Source of the DNA: Lophium mytilinum
Lineage: Eukaryota
Direction of reading: 5' to 3'
DNA length: 64,000 nt
Assembly (NCBI GenBank): GCA_010093605.1
Contig: MU004194.1
Coordinates: forward strand, 1,216,323-1,280,322
The notes beneath the pieces were generated by a model, which saw only the letters and a list, made by a program, of their open reading frames with translations, was not told the DNA's origin and did not search any database. This document shows positions 48,025 to 59,609 of this stretch, piece by piece (positions within the stretch are counted from its first letter, which is position 1; every line of letters begins with the position of its first letter). Position numbers and translations under genes: made by a program.

Positions 48025-49237
48025 TCAACCCCTTCCTGCTCTGCGCAAGGCCTCAGCAAGAGCGACTTTGAAGTTAGCCTTGAAGTCTAGGTCATCCTCA
48101 ACCGACACGTCGCGAAGCAAGTTATGCATGAGGGTCGCCACGCAGTCCTTGAGGTCCTGAGGGGTGTTGGTTTGCTTTCGCACATGCTGGGCCAGAGCGA
48201 CTTGCAAATCCTCATCTCCACACCTGAGAATGTCCTCCACTTGTTTGAGCAATAGCGTGTACATCTCAGTCAAGCCGGTCTGATGCACAGCGCGGTAAAC
48301 TTCAAACGTGCGGTCGAGTAGCTGTAGCCTGAATCGCTGAGATCTAACGTCGATGTTGTTGTCATCAGAGATATCAGAGGCGGTGCTGAAGGTTCGGAGC
48401 TTCGGGGATGGGTGTTCTTCCTCGATTTTCATGGCTGGAGTTCTAAGACAGTTAGCCACGTGACTCAGAGATGGCTGGCTGTCGGTCTTACTGCTCATCA
48501 CAGGCTGGGCCCCGACCTGACTTCAGCAAAGCAAGAAGCTGCAGGAGGAAGTCGAACAAGTCATCTTGCGTCCAGAATGTGAGTTGGATCTCCGATGCCC
48601 CTGGGGTGATAGTAACGCTCAACTGATTGACGTTTAAGGTCAGGTTTGGAGCCTCAGGGGTTCCGAGAGCTGCCAGAGAGAACGTGTGTCCGGAGAGACC
48701 AGATTGGTTCCCGTAGATTCTGAGACTGAAGATCTCATTTTCGGCGTTCCAATCTAGCCAAAGATTGTGCGCTGTAGTAGAAAGGCAGGTTTGTTGAGTT
48801 GCGGCCGCCTTCAGAGGGTAGGACTTCCAACTTGGGAGTGGAACCGATGTCGAAAGTCCCGGTAGAGACGTACTGCACAACGCGATCGAATGCGTCTGGC
48901 GACATGGCTGGCAGTCGAATTGGAAGCGGATTGCGAAAGTCGTAGCCATGGTCGTTGATGTAGCTGATTTTTTCTCCAAGCGCGCGCGGCACAATAAGGT
49001 GCCTTTACTGCCAGCGCCTTTATTGCCAGCGCCTTTATTGCCAGCGGCTTTACTGCCCGCGCCATCGTCTACCATCAGAACGAAGGAATCGCCTCGAACG
49101 AATCTGAAGAACGTAAGCCAATGAATGAATAGACGGAGCGTCTAGGGTCGCTAAACAACTTACCCGGGAATGCCTGTATATGCCCGGACGACACCTGCGG
49201 AGTCAATCTCCGGAATGTCCATGTTTCGATTGGTCAT
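48025..49237 (-). CDS. Divergent BTB-like protein, paralog B (3 exons; BTB core apparently in a shifted frame)
   Basis: Same exon layout and intron phases as paralog A. Shared motifs DDLFDFLLQL vs DDLLDYLLHI and DVRSQRFRLQLLDRTFEVYRA vs DIRSHAFKLRLLNHAVEVYRA. The BTB-like segment IRLPAMSPDAFDRVVQYVSTGTFD lies in the alternative frame (ORF 48735-48992). Confidence 0.62.
49000..49058. repeat. Four imperfect 15-bp tandem repeats encoding (G[SN]K[AG]A)n
   Basis: Minus strand reads GGCAGTAAAGCCGCT GGCAATAAAGGCGCT GGCAATAAAGGCGCT GGCAGTAAAGGCACC. Confidence 0.9.
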
Positions 49238-50232
49238 ACTCTCGAACTTTCAAAAGGTCAGCCGATGAAGATCCACGGACTAAAGAAGATCATACCAGAC
49301 AGCGCCGATGAAGAGGTTGGTCTAGGGCGAGAGGTCTGTGGGGTGGAAGAGGCTTATATATGGAATAATGATAGAAGTATTGCCGACACCGTGAAGTGAA
49401 GTCCGAAGTGAGTGAGGTAGCATACGAAACGACATTGCAGTCCACCTCACCTGGGTTCGGTTGTTACATTTGCAATACTCAACATCGGCCTGTGTACGTT
49501 ACCTGCAAGTCTTTGGTTGCTCTGCGCTTTTTAAGGTCCTTACGGGGATGTACAACAATCTCATTATACGTGGTAGATGATGTCGGCAAGGCGGAGTGGC
49601 TAGGAGAGCTAGCAGCCTGTTCTATTTTCATATTTCACACATTCTCCATATGACCGGCTCGTGAAGATGAGTTCTTGACAGTGGTAAGGAAGTATGCCAA
49701 GTATCGGATTGGTTGAAGAGCTAGACAGAGGAGCGGGGACTATGTGAAACCTGGATCTTCTATCGACATCATGCGAGGTCTTTTACAGTACCTTGCGATA
49801 TATATCCGGACACTTCCCTACCATTGTTCGAGGGGCCCTGGCGTACTGCTAGAAATCAGAGGCAGCGGGTACGATTTTAATCTGTGTACACCATATTGAC
49901 ACTGTCTAGAGTAGCCTCGCGAGTTTATTAGTAGTCCAAAATGCTTTGCTTTTCTCCTATGCCAAACGCTATAAATACCCTAAGGCTCCTCAAGCAGTGG
50001 TAAACGAGTACACGGGTTTCTATGATAAGTTAATATATTGGTCCCAAGACCCCCTACCTCTATGATAGATTACGCCGTTCGGATTGCCCTTAAGAGCGAG
50101 AGGCTTCCAACACCGTCATATTTTGTTGAAGTTGCGATTTCGTATTGATGCAAATTAGTGATTCCTAAAGCAATGAACATTGATTTGGGCTACAATTATT
50201 GTGCGAGGCTGGTACTGCTTTTTATTGCATAC

Positions 50233-52166
50233 TTACCGCAGCCCATAACCCCTCATCCACCTCAGCTCGGCGGCTTGCCTCTCAAGCGCCCGCCTGAGCT
50301 CCTGTCCATACTCCCTCTCTTTCTTCGACTGTGCCATCTCCTGTGCTGTTTGGGCGTGCTCATCTAGGTCCTCGATATTAAATGTGGGCATCCGGCCAAA
50401 CCCAACCATGCCCAGCTTTCCATCGCCAGTCCAGATGATTAAATTATCCTCGCCTAGCGGCACCTCGCTATGACCGGCATACGAAGTCGCGACCGTTGGT
50501 GAGATCTTCTGGACAATATCTCCGCCTGCTTCAGCACTCAAGGCGCTCAGAGGCTGAGCTGAAGGACCATCGGTGTTGATATTGAGCTGACGGACAGGAG
50601 TGAAACCATCTCGCTCAACCCATTTCATGTTTCCATCGCCATCAGAAAACACAAGGCGAGTGCCATGAGGTGCCACAGAGAGCAACTTGGAGCTTGATGC
50701 TGTCTGCCTGTTGTGGTAGTAAGAGTTCTGGTTCCGAGTCGCACGGCTGTCGGACGAATTGATGGAGCGGACAGGATCCGATGAAAGGCTGTAGAGCTCC
50801 AGGGACCCTTTGCCCTTGTATTCGCCGGCTGCGATCAGGGTATGCCCAGGAATTGATTTAGCCTCACGGATTGCCGTTGAAGAAGGGTTGTGACGGCGGA
50901 GACGTAAATCGGCGGGAACGAAGGGTTGCGGTATGGCTGTTATACAGGACAGCCGTGCCCCTGAGTGAACCGTACCCCGAAGGCGAGGGAAGAAACGCCT
51001 GTCGTAGTTCAGGAAACTAGTAAACCGTCCGCCAACCCAGATATCACCATTGCCGTCCCATTCACGCGTCGTTGGAAGATGTAGGATGGACAATGCGCCT
51101 GGTTGCGACAGTGACACATGTCCACCAAAATCGCCAGTTTGCAGACGTGGGAAGTCATTCTTGGATGGAGTCCCCGCAATCAATTCGCACTTAGTGGATG
51201 AGCCAGAGTCTGGCTTTGGTGGAGGCTTCCTGGTATCATGGAGATGTAGTGTCCAATTGGTCCCTACTGTAAGTGGGGTTGGATGTCTTGCCTCGGACAA
51301 GGCCGTGATTGGAAACGGGAATGGCGTCCTAGATACTACCTGCAGGGTATACAAGTCGACCTCATTAAGGACATTCTGAACAGCGAAGAAGCCCTTCTTC
51401 CGTCGACTGTCAATGCTGACACATTCGACAGCTCCGGTTTCGGTCATTATTGTCTTGCTCTGATTGATTCGAGTGTCTAGATCCAAATCTGATCCTTTGT
51501 CGGAAAGCAATCCAATTGAGCTCCGTCCTATTATTGCACCTTGCCTTGGGCTACTTTTGGATGCATCCCATATACAAATGCTCCCGTCTTCTAGTGGCGA
51601 CACAAGCTTATCTGCTAGATGACCTTCATCATCGAATAGTATGCCCATGCCAGTCGCTTCGTGATGAAGTTTCTCGTCCCTATGACCGTACTGTGCATTT
51701 TGAAACCAACTCATGTTATAGGGCGCGTGTCTTTGTATAAACTCTTGGTAAAAGTTGATTCTCTCGTCTAGATAGGATGGATCCCAATTTGCGAGAAGAG
51801 TAGCTTTCCTACGCGCCGCAGCTTGGTACACTTGCATATCAGCATTTGGAGCGCTCCGATTGTGCACGTTGATGGGCGAGTCTTCCAATGCTCTGGCAAG
51901 CTCTGCTAATTGGGGCTCCATATTGGAGTACAGGAGCTGTCTTCGCCGGCGCACTTCGGCAATAGAATGCTCGAAGCATAGTGTCTTCCAGAGGGTGTTA
52001 TCGCGAGAAATAGAGAGAATGTGACGCGAGACATATTGTAGGTGGACAAGATCCGAGGGCTCGAGGACTGTGTGAAGTCAATGGTGGGGTTCGGGGAGCA
52101 TTCCCGAGAGCTTGCGAACTGACATGCAACAATCTGGAGGAGAAGTTCAGTAGGAAGTGCTTCCAT
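50233..52166 (-). CDS. F-box protein with WD40-like C-terminal region
   Basis: MEALPTELLLQIVA|FLEPSDLVHLQYVSR..DNTLWKTLC (F-box) after one intron at about 52071-52126. Beta-propeller-like repeats (LEDGSICIWD, LVFSDGDGNMKW, IIWTGDGKLG). Confidence 0.85.
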
Positions 52167-52689
52167 ATTTGAGGGTTTTCAATAAGGCTGACAAAGTTAT
52201 AGCGAGAAGAGGAATTGGAGCTTATGTATATGTAGTCGCATGAATGGAGCTATCTGAAGAGCGGCGATACCGATTACAAGGGCGTTGTCGACTTCCGCCC
52301 TCATTCCGCCCGGGCGCCAAGCTGCAGAGGGCGGGATGACGCCATGTGTCCAATTCAGCAACGACGTGTTCAAGCGGAATTAGTGCCATCTTCTGGGGAA
52401 GCTCGAGTTATGTATTGCAAAGGACAGATCGGCTCTCAATTACTAGGGGGCTGAGAATTCTAACCTTGCATACTTGAAGTTAGACCCCTCTTTTGGTTGG
52501 TATCGCACCGCCACACGGCGGGGCGCCACAGCGGCCGGCAAGAAACCTGGGAAGGTTCAACCTTAACCTTTCCTCGCAACCTAGGCACCTAATTTCTACG
52601 ACGGCAGACCTGCCTCACCACGACAACTCATCGCCAAATACCCATCCTTCCTCCCACTCAAGCGCGCGAGAGCTGCTCTATACTCCGCC

Positions 52690-54426
52690 ATGGCAAGTCT
52701 CGAAGACGAGCTTCTGAACGACTTCGCATCCTCCGCGTCTGAAGACGAAGGCGACGCGCAAACCGACATCAAGGGCGACTTGGACGAACTAGCGAAAGAT
52801 TTCGGCGGCGACGATGACAATAGCGAAGACGATGGCAAGGACGAGGAAGCCGAGGCGCAGAAGAAGAGCCAGGGACCGACAGATATCCAGGGCGCAACAA
52901 GTCTACTCTCGAAACTAGAGCCAGTCGTGGAGCAGATCGAGCATCACCAGTCTGTGCCGCAGGCGACAAAGGAAGGCTCTGTAGAGGACCACCCTGAATA
53001 CCAGCTCCTGACCGAAGCCAACACCCTCTCCACCTCCATCGACGGCGAGATGGCCAACGTCCACAAGTTCATTCGCGACGTCTACTCGATCCGCTTCCCT
53101 TACCTCGAAGAGCTCATTCAGAACCCGCTGAACTACGCGCGAACCGTCGCAATCATAGGAAATGGGCCGTTGGAGGACATAAAGACTATCTCACTATCGG
53201 CGGATAACATTGTAGGCGTCCCTTTGAAGTCAATACTTGACGGTCCCTCGTTGATGGTAGTCACTGTGGAAGCTACACGCTCTGGAGGCCGCGACCTGAA
53301 CGAACACGAGCTGTCCCTTGTGCGTAAAGCCTGCATCATGACTCTACAGCTTGACAAGGCCAAGAAGGTCCTCACCGACTACGTGCAATCTCGCATGAAC
53401 GTATTCGCGCCCAACCTGACAAATCTCATCGGCTCTCTGACTGCGGCACAACTCCTCAACTACGCTGGCGGTCTTACTGGCCTTGCAAAGACACCCGCTT
53501 GCAACATCCCTCCACTCGGCTCCAACAAGGCATCTGGTACTGGATTTGCGACCAACGTCGGTGTTCGCCACCAGGGCTTCCTCTTCAACGCCCCTATCAT
53601 CCAAGCCATCCGTACTGACCTCAAGAAACAAGCCATGCGCATCGTATCCGCCAAAGTCATCCTCGCCGCCCGAGTCGACCGCGTACACGAATCACAAGAC
53701 GGATCCATGGGCGAACAGCTGCGAGAAGACTGCATGACGCGGCTCGACAAACTCACCGAACCGCCCCCAAACAAAGGCGTCCGCGCCCTCCCCGCACCGG
53801 ACGACAAGCCCTCGCGCAAACGCGGCGGCCGCCAAGCCCGCATGGCCAAAGAAGCAACCGCCATGACCGAGATCCGCAAAGCGCAGAACCGCATGGTCTT
53901 CGGCAAGGAGGAGCAGGAAGTCGGCTACGGCACCGGCGCGGGCACCAAGGGCCTCGGCATGATCGGCGCCCAGGACTCAGGCCGCGTGCGCGCGCAGCAG
54001 ATCGACTATAAGACCAAGGCCAAGCTGAGCAAGAAGAATCCCGGGTGGGGCACCAGCGGCACGGCCAGCACCGTCGGCGGGATGGCGTCGAGTCTGAAGA
54101 GTTTTGGCCAGGGCGGCGGCACCGCGAGCGTGCTCCGCGGGCATGGCTTGCGAACTGCGGGCGTGGGCGGCGTGGCGACGGCGGGGACGAGCTCGATTGC
54201 GTTTACGCCTGTGCAGGGCCTTGAGCTCGTCGACCCGAAGATCCGGAATGAGATGAATCGGAAGCGGAAGGCGGAGGAGGATCGGTGGTTCAAGGGCGGG
54301 ACGTTCACGCAGGTTGGCGGTGGTGCGGCGGGAGGCCCGAATGGAGGCGCTTCTGGGACTGTGGACTCCGGAGGCTTCAAGGTGCCTTCGCTGCCGCCGA
54401 ATAAGAAGGTTAATACGGGATCGTGA
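52690..54426 (+). CDS. prp31: Pre-mRNA splicing factor Prp31 (Nop domain)
   Basis: HKFIRDVYSIRFPYLE, APNLTNLIG..AAQLL, LAKTPACNI, AKVILAARVD, RKRGGR, RKAQNRMVFG, SIAFTPVQGLEL. Confidence 0.96.
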   Translation: MASLEDELLNDFASSASEDEGDAQTDIKGDLDELAKDFGGDDDNSEDDGKDEEAEAQKKSQGPTDIQGATSLLSKLEPVVEQIEHHQSVPQATKEGSVEDHPEYQLLTEANTLSTSIDGEMANVHKFIRDVYSIRFPYLEELIQNPLNYARTVAIIGNGPLEDIKTISLSADNIVGVPLKSILDGPSLMVVTVEATRSGGRDLNEHELSLVRKACIMTLQLDKAKKVLTDYVQSRMNVFAPNLTNLIGSLTAAQLLNYAGGLTGLAKTPACNIPPLGSNKASGTGFATNVGVRHQGFLFNAPIIQAIRTDLKKQAMRIVSAKVILAARVDRVHESQDGSMGEQLREDCMTRLDKLTEPPPNKGVRALPAPDDKPSRKRGGRQARMAKEATAMTEIRKAQNRMVFGKEEQEVGYGTGAGTKGLGMIGAQDSGRVRAQQIDYKTKAKLSKKNPGWGTSGTASTVGGMASSLKSFGQGGGTASVLRGHGLRTAGVGGVATAGTSSIAFTPVQGLELVDPKIRNEMNRKRKAEEDRWFKGGTFTQVGGGAAGGPNGGASGTVDSGGFKVPSLPPNKKVNTGS

Positions 54427-55583
54427 GCGGGCTGCTCGTCGTTTGAAGAAATCTGGGTTTTTAGGGAACTTTTCAGGTGACCTGCAAGGCGTTGGTGGCT
54501 TGACAAATGCATGGAAGGGAGTTCTGATTAGGTTCAGAGGCAGGAGATGGTTCATCATCGATGCCTGAGGAAATCTGTGGTTCTGATATAATATGTAGCT
54601 AACATAGACTCAAGGTCTTCTACTATGATCCATGCCGAATAGCTATCGTAAAACTTTCTGCTTATTTGCCAATAGCCAAGTCCGCTTCTATAAAACCAAC
54701 ACGTCACACCCAACTAAGAACAGGAAGAGAAGCGTGTCCCGGTCCGCTCCCATAAAACCAACACGTTACATCCTCCCAAAAACAAAAAGAAAAGTGTTGC
54801 CCCGCCCGCACCATCCCAGATTCATAGTCGTCCGAAATCAAAGGATCGAAAATTTCGAGGAGGGAGCGACGTCATCCTGTTGCACCATGCGTCTCGAGTT
54901 TAGCGAGGGGGCAGGTGCAAGCGATTACGTCTTCTACCCCTGGGCCTGTGCGAACCTGGCAAGCGGGTGAGACGTTTTTGGGGACCCCGGGGCGGTGGGC
55001 TGGGAAGGATTCGCTGAAGGATTCGGTGCTTGTTTGGTTGGAACGTTGGATGCTTCGAGCGGAAGTTTGTTTTGGCTACTTTGTGATTGTGATATAGTAT
55101 ATACATATGATTTATATCAGAGATCACATATCAATCACAGAAGTGCATAGACGGTAAAATGAAGGCAGACACGCATTCCCGCGTTGTCTTGTTTTTGCAT
55201 GTCGAGGATATTTCTACCGATCGTATGGCTACAACAAAGCCTGTCGCCCGTTCCTTCTAGCAACATCGCTTGGATGTTCTAGAGCATGCAAGAGGAACCA
55301 AAGATTTTTTCAAATCGCAAAGGAAAGAAAAGAAGTGAAGAGAAAAGAACCCAAAGACCCAGTCCCAGATGCCAAGTCGTCCAAACGCCGCCAAATGTAC
55401 CATACATATCCATGTGTAGTGTGTCCTATAGTCCGGAGCTCCAATCCAACAATCATATATGCAAGAGAAGTGTTCAATGTGACCGCCATGCCCCCATGCC
55501 AGTGCAAAATGCAGTTCAAAACGCCAGTGCAATGCCGTGTGCGCCGAAGATCAATCGTAGGCTAGAGAGCCAGGGGAATGCGC

Positions 55584-56836
55584 TTAGATAAGGTTCGAGC
55601 CGTGGCGACGGAAGTGCACTGGAAGGCGGCGGCGGACAGCGCGCTTCTTCGTGCCGATTTGGCCGTTGGTGCAGGTAGTGCCGGCGGCGAGGGCCTGTGG
55701 AGTCGCGAAGCCCCAGTTGCAGACGCCGAATTGCGTGCTGCCGATGCAGACGATCGCGCCGTTGGTCGAGCAGGGAACGCCGGTGCCTGCGGCAGCTGGT
55801 GCCGTGTCGACGCTGGTGGCTGCGACAGGAACAGATGGAGCGGCAGCGGAGGCAGAAGATGGAGCGACAATAGTGGCGAAGGAGGTTGGTACAGGAGCAG
55901 CGGCTGAGGAGGCACCCGCGGCTGAAGATGCTGCGCCTGGAGCAAAGACGCCGCCTGGATTGGATGCTGATGGAGTAGCGACAACGCTGGTAGCTGCCGG
56001 CTCGGTGGCACCCGCAGATTCTTGTGCGCCGGTTGGTTGCGCATTGCCTTTGCCACCTGCGACAGTTCCCAGTTTTCCATCACCGGCGCCCATCTTGGTC
56101 ATGGAGGCGCAATTTCCGCTGAGAGTACTTCCGAGGTTGAGAGGCTTAACGGTAACCGTCTCAACGGAATCGCCAGGGTTTGGATAGACGAAATCGACAT
56201 CTGATGGGATCTGGCAGGTCTCGCGAGGAATGTTGGCAACGAACATATCGGGAAGCTTTTCCATGACCGAAGTGTCGTCGGCCCCGCCTGTGACAGTAAT
56301 CGGTGCACAGTTCATGTACCTGCGTATCGTCAGTCTTAGGCCTATCTCATGCTTCAGATAGTAACTCACATCTCACGGTTGCCGACCTTGTTGTTCCAGG
56401 TCCATGCCAGAGAATATTGGCCGTTTGGCATGCCCTTAGGCATCGTGAACTGAAAGTCAGCGGCGCCAGTGCCTGCGGCATCTTCGGGGAGGTTTCCGGT
56501 CTCGTTCGATGGGCATCCGCCGATGATGCTGTGAATGACCTTCCACTGGCTGTTCTTGTCGGGCTTCTGGTCCAGGGTGACGCTGATCTGGCAAGATCCT
56601 CCGCCGTGGACAGCGCTGCCAGTGAAGCTGAGTGTCTGAGGCACGCCAACTTCAATGTTGTTCATCGTCACAACGTCGTAGGGTACGCTTTTGCAGGGAA
56701 AGTCGGAGCCGGTATCGTCGAGCGGGCTGTTGTTGGGGCTGCCGTAGGGTACTGGAGACCTCATGATCATGTGCGCGTTGGCGGTGCCGAAGAGCGCGAG
56801 GGCCGCAGCGGCCAAGGTCGAAGTAGCGAAAATCAT
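55584..56836 (-). CDS. AA11 lytic polysaccharide monooxygenase with C-terminal Cys-rich (X278-like) module
   Basis: Signal peptide followed by His1 ([13 protein letters not shown]), [17 protein letters not shown] and GNREM|YMNCA. Ala/Ser/Pro linker, then [23 protein letters not shown]. Confidence 0.92.
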
Positions 56837-59609
56837 GTTGATCCGTGAAGGAGTGTGATGTAGAAATCGAGATAGCTTTTGCTGAGAGATCGCTAGACCA
56901 GCTGAGCGATGCGAGGATTGTAGTGCTGAAAGGGCTGTTTGAAAGGGGCAGTCGGATTCGAAGGTGCTGAAGCGCTGAGTTAGAAGAAAGTTTTGAGGAG
57001 GTACAGGGCTAGGTTGTGGGGCAGATGTGAGGTTTATATGCAAGAGGGTCTCATTGAAAATCTCATTGACAATGGAGCCGGACAGAACAATAGGGCACAA
57101 TAGCGAAGCGGAGCAGAGACAAGAATGTTCGGGCGCTTGGGCCACTGGCGAAAAGGGTCCCGCAAGCAAGAGGTGAAGTGAGTTAAGATGGTAAAGATTC
57201 TAGAACCTACCAAAGCTACAGTGAATGACACAATTGAAGGCCCGGCACAAGCAGTAAATCGGCGCGCTTTGAGTGGATCAAAGTTCAGCAAAAGAAGTGT
57301 CGTCGATATTTCACAGAAATGTCAAAGGATTGTGGTCTCCGCCGCAGGCGAGAGGAGGTAAAGACAAGAAGAAGAAAGAAAGGGCTAGCCTGTATCGTGA
57401 GTGTCGACTGTGCGATGAGGAGGAGTGAAACGGTGAGCGAATGCGGAGAGCTTTATATCAGGTCATGAAGAAGCGGCTGGCGTCAGTCCCCTGAGAGCAA
57501 ACAAGCTTCCCCCAGGGCGACGGACGCAAGGTACCGGATGCATGTCGACGTCGCCACGGCGGATCAGCGAGGGCAAGCACAGGCAGAGGAGCCGCAGACG
57601 GGACGGGAGCTGGTCAGGGGCCAGTTTGACAGAGGGCAATGGGCGGGTTGTGGGCCCGGATTGGCTCGAGAGGGCAGGAGACGCGTTTCGAAACCAGTCG
57701 GGAGCATAAGGAAATGCTCCTCAGCGATATTGACCCAAAGCAGGCGTCGTCCAGAGTCACAGCCCCTGGCGTGGAGAGGGCTGCAGGTCGGCGTTATCGA
57801 TAGGACTGGAACGCTAGCCGAAAGGCGCTGATCGGGCCGTGTAACAGCCAATCGAGCTGCACCAACCGGCCTTGCTCGCGGCCAGTCACCCCAGGCGGTG
57901 AGGGGCCGGTCGTGTCCTCTCACAATGCTTTCGAAACACGGCCTCGCTCAACATCCTCGTTCGCTGCACTCATCACCAGCTGAAACGCGCCAGTTGTCGG
58001 CACCACGCACCCCCAAGTCTTTTAGCACCTCTGGGCCAGAGAGCGCCTTCGTACTATGCCCATGTGCTGCGTGCCGCTTGCCATGACTATTGCAACTGTT
58101 TCGTTCAGCGAGGTGGTCCTAGAGGTGGTGCGGAGGTTGAAATGTGACTCCATCCTGCAGGACGCTTCCACAGCTTGTCGCGTCGCACGTCCATCTTCTG
58201 GGCCATAACGGTTAACATCATACATTACATAGCATAGGTCGTAGGACTCACAATACAAAAACCTGACCGCCAAGGATCGTCACTTAGGTGGCCCAACGGT
58301 CCCTTGCAGGTGCAATTCCCGCAACACCAAATAGCTGACTCGCACTACTTTCTCTTTAGAAGTCATTCGTAATATACAGTTTATTCCTGTTACACTACAG
58401 GCGGAGCACTAACCTATTCCTCAGCTCTGCGGCTTTTACTTTGTCCATTTGAATGCCTTCCCACTCGCCCGAAATAGAAATCAATCATCCACTTCGCCCC
58501 CAGATTTTCTTTGGCTGTGGATTCATGCTGCACACGCGCCTGCCGTTGCCTTATCCCGGTTTCATTCTTACTCGTGCTGAGACGCAGTCTAGACTGAAGG
58601 ATATTGTCGTAGATGCTGCATCGGCCGCCTGCCTGCGGCCCAGCGGCAAAGCAATCAAGCTTATCCACTTAAACTCCAGCGCCATGATGCTAGAAAGCCG
58701 TTAAGCTAGAAGCGGTGAGAGCATTACTGGTCTGGATTGCTTGCGTCGTGGTGCAGAGCGCTTTCGTTTCTTGCATCGCTCCGTTCCGACCGTTGATTGG
58801 TTCTGGGTAGCCGCTCTGCCCAGCAGCCTCTGTTTCGTGCGTCTTTGCCCAAGACATCACGAGACAAGCCGTCGCGCATGGGAAGCCACAAGGAGGATTG
58901 AAAGTGTGGAGTCTAAAGTGCTGTAGGATTATAAACTCTTGTCCTGGCTCAAAGTAGCTCGGTCTCCTTCGTCAGTGCTTCTTCTAGCTACTTCGATCCT
59001 GGTAATGCATGAACCATAATTTGCCCGCGCGGCGCTGACTTTCCAGGACTGGCATCGTCCTCGGTAGACACTTCGTGATGTTTCAGTTTGAACAGGATCG
59101 GTTGTTTGAAGTAGCTGAAGCTCTCAGCTCACACCTGCTTGCAGTGCCTTTGTGGGATAGTAGTCAAATGCTACCAGCACATCGAAAATCTTTGGCCAAT
59201 AACTACCAAGTCGCTGTTTCTGTTTCTAGCCCAAAAGTAGCCCATGTTTCTGATTTGGCTGCCGAAGCGTTGGTTGGTCGGGCTTCGTTGCGATGAGCGC
59301 CTACTGAAGCATCGCAGGTGCTGCAGTGTCTTAGGTGACTATGTGGCCTCGGCGGTAAGAATGAGCATCTTGAATCTTCGTGGTTCCACTGCATCCTTGT
59401 CGCGTACATTTGCGACAGCGGTGTACTACTGGGTGCGGTTTTGCAATATCATAACGAGTCGATGGAGAGTACTTAAACATTCTTTCAGGGTCATTTCCTT
59501 GGGCAGTTTACAGTTCGAGAGGATTGCCAGAAACGTTTTGAAACACTTCAAGCAATGGTAGCTGACTGAAAGCCTTTCCCATCGTCCTCGTCGACTGGGA
59601 ATGCTGCCT

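Noticed and set aside
57300..59600. Short ORFs upstream of the AA11 gene
   Set aside because: No supportable coding or repeat signal.
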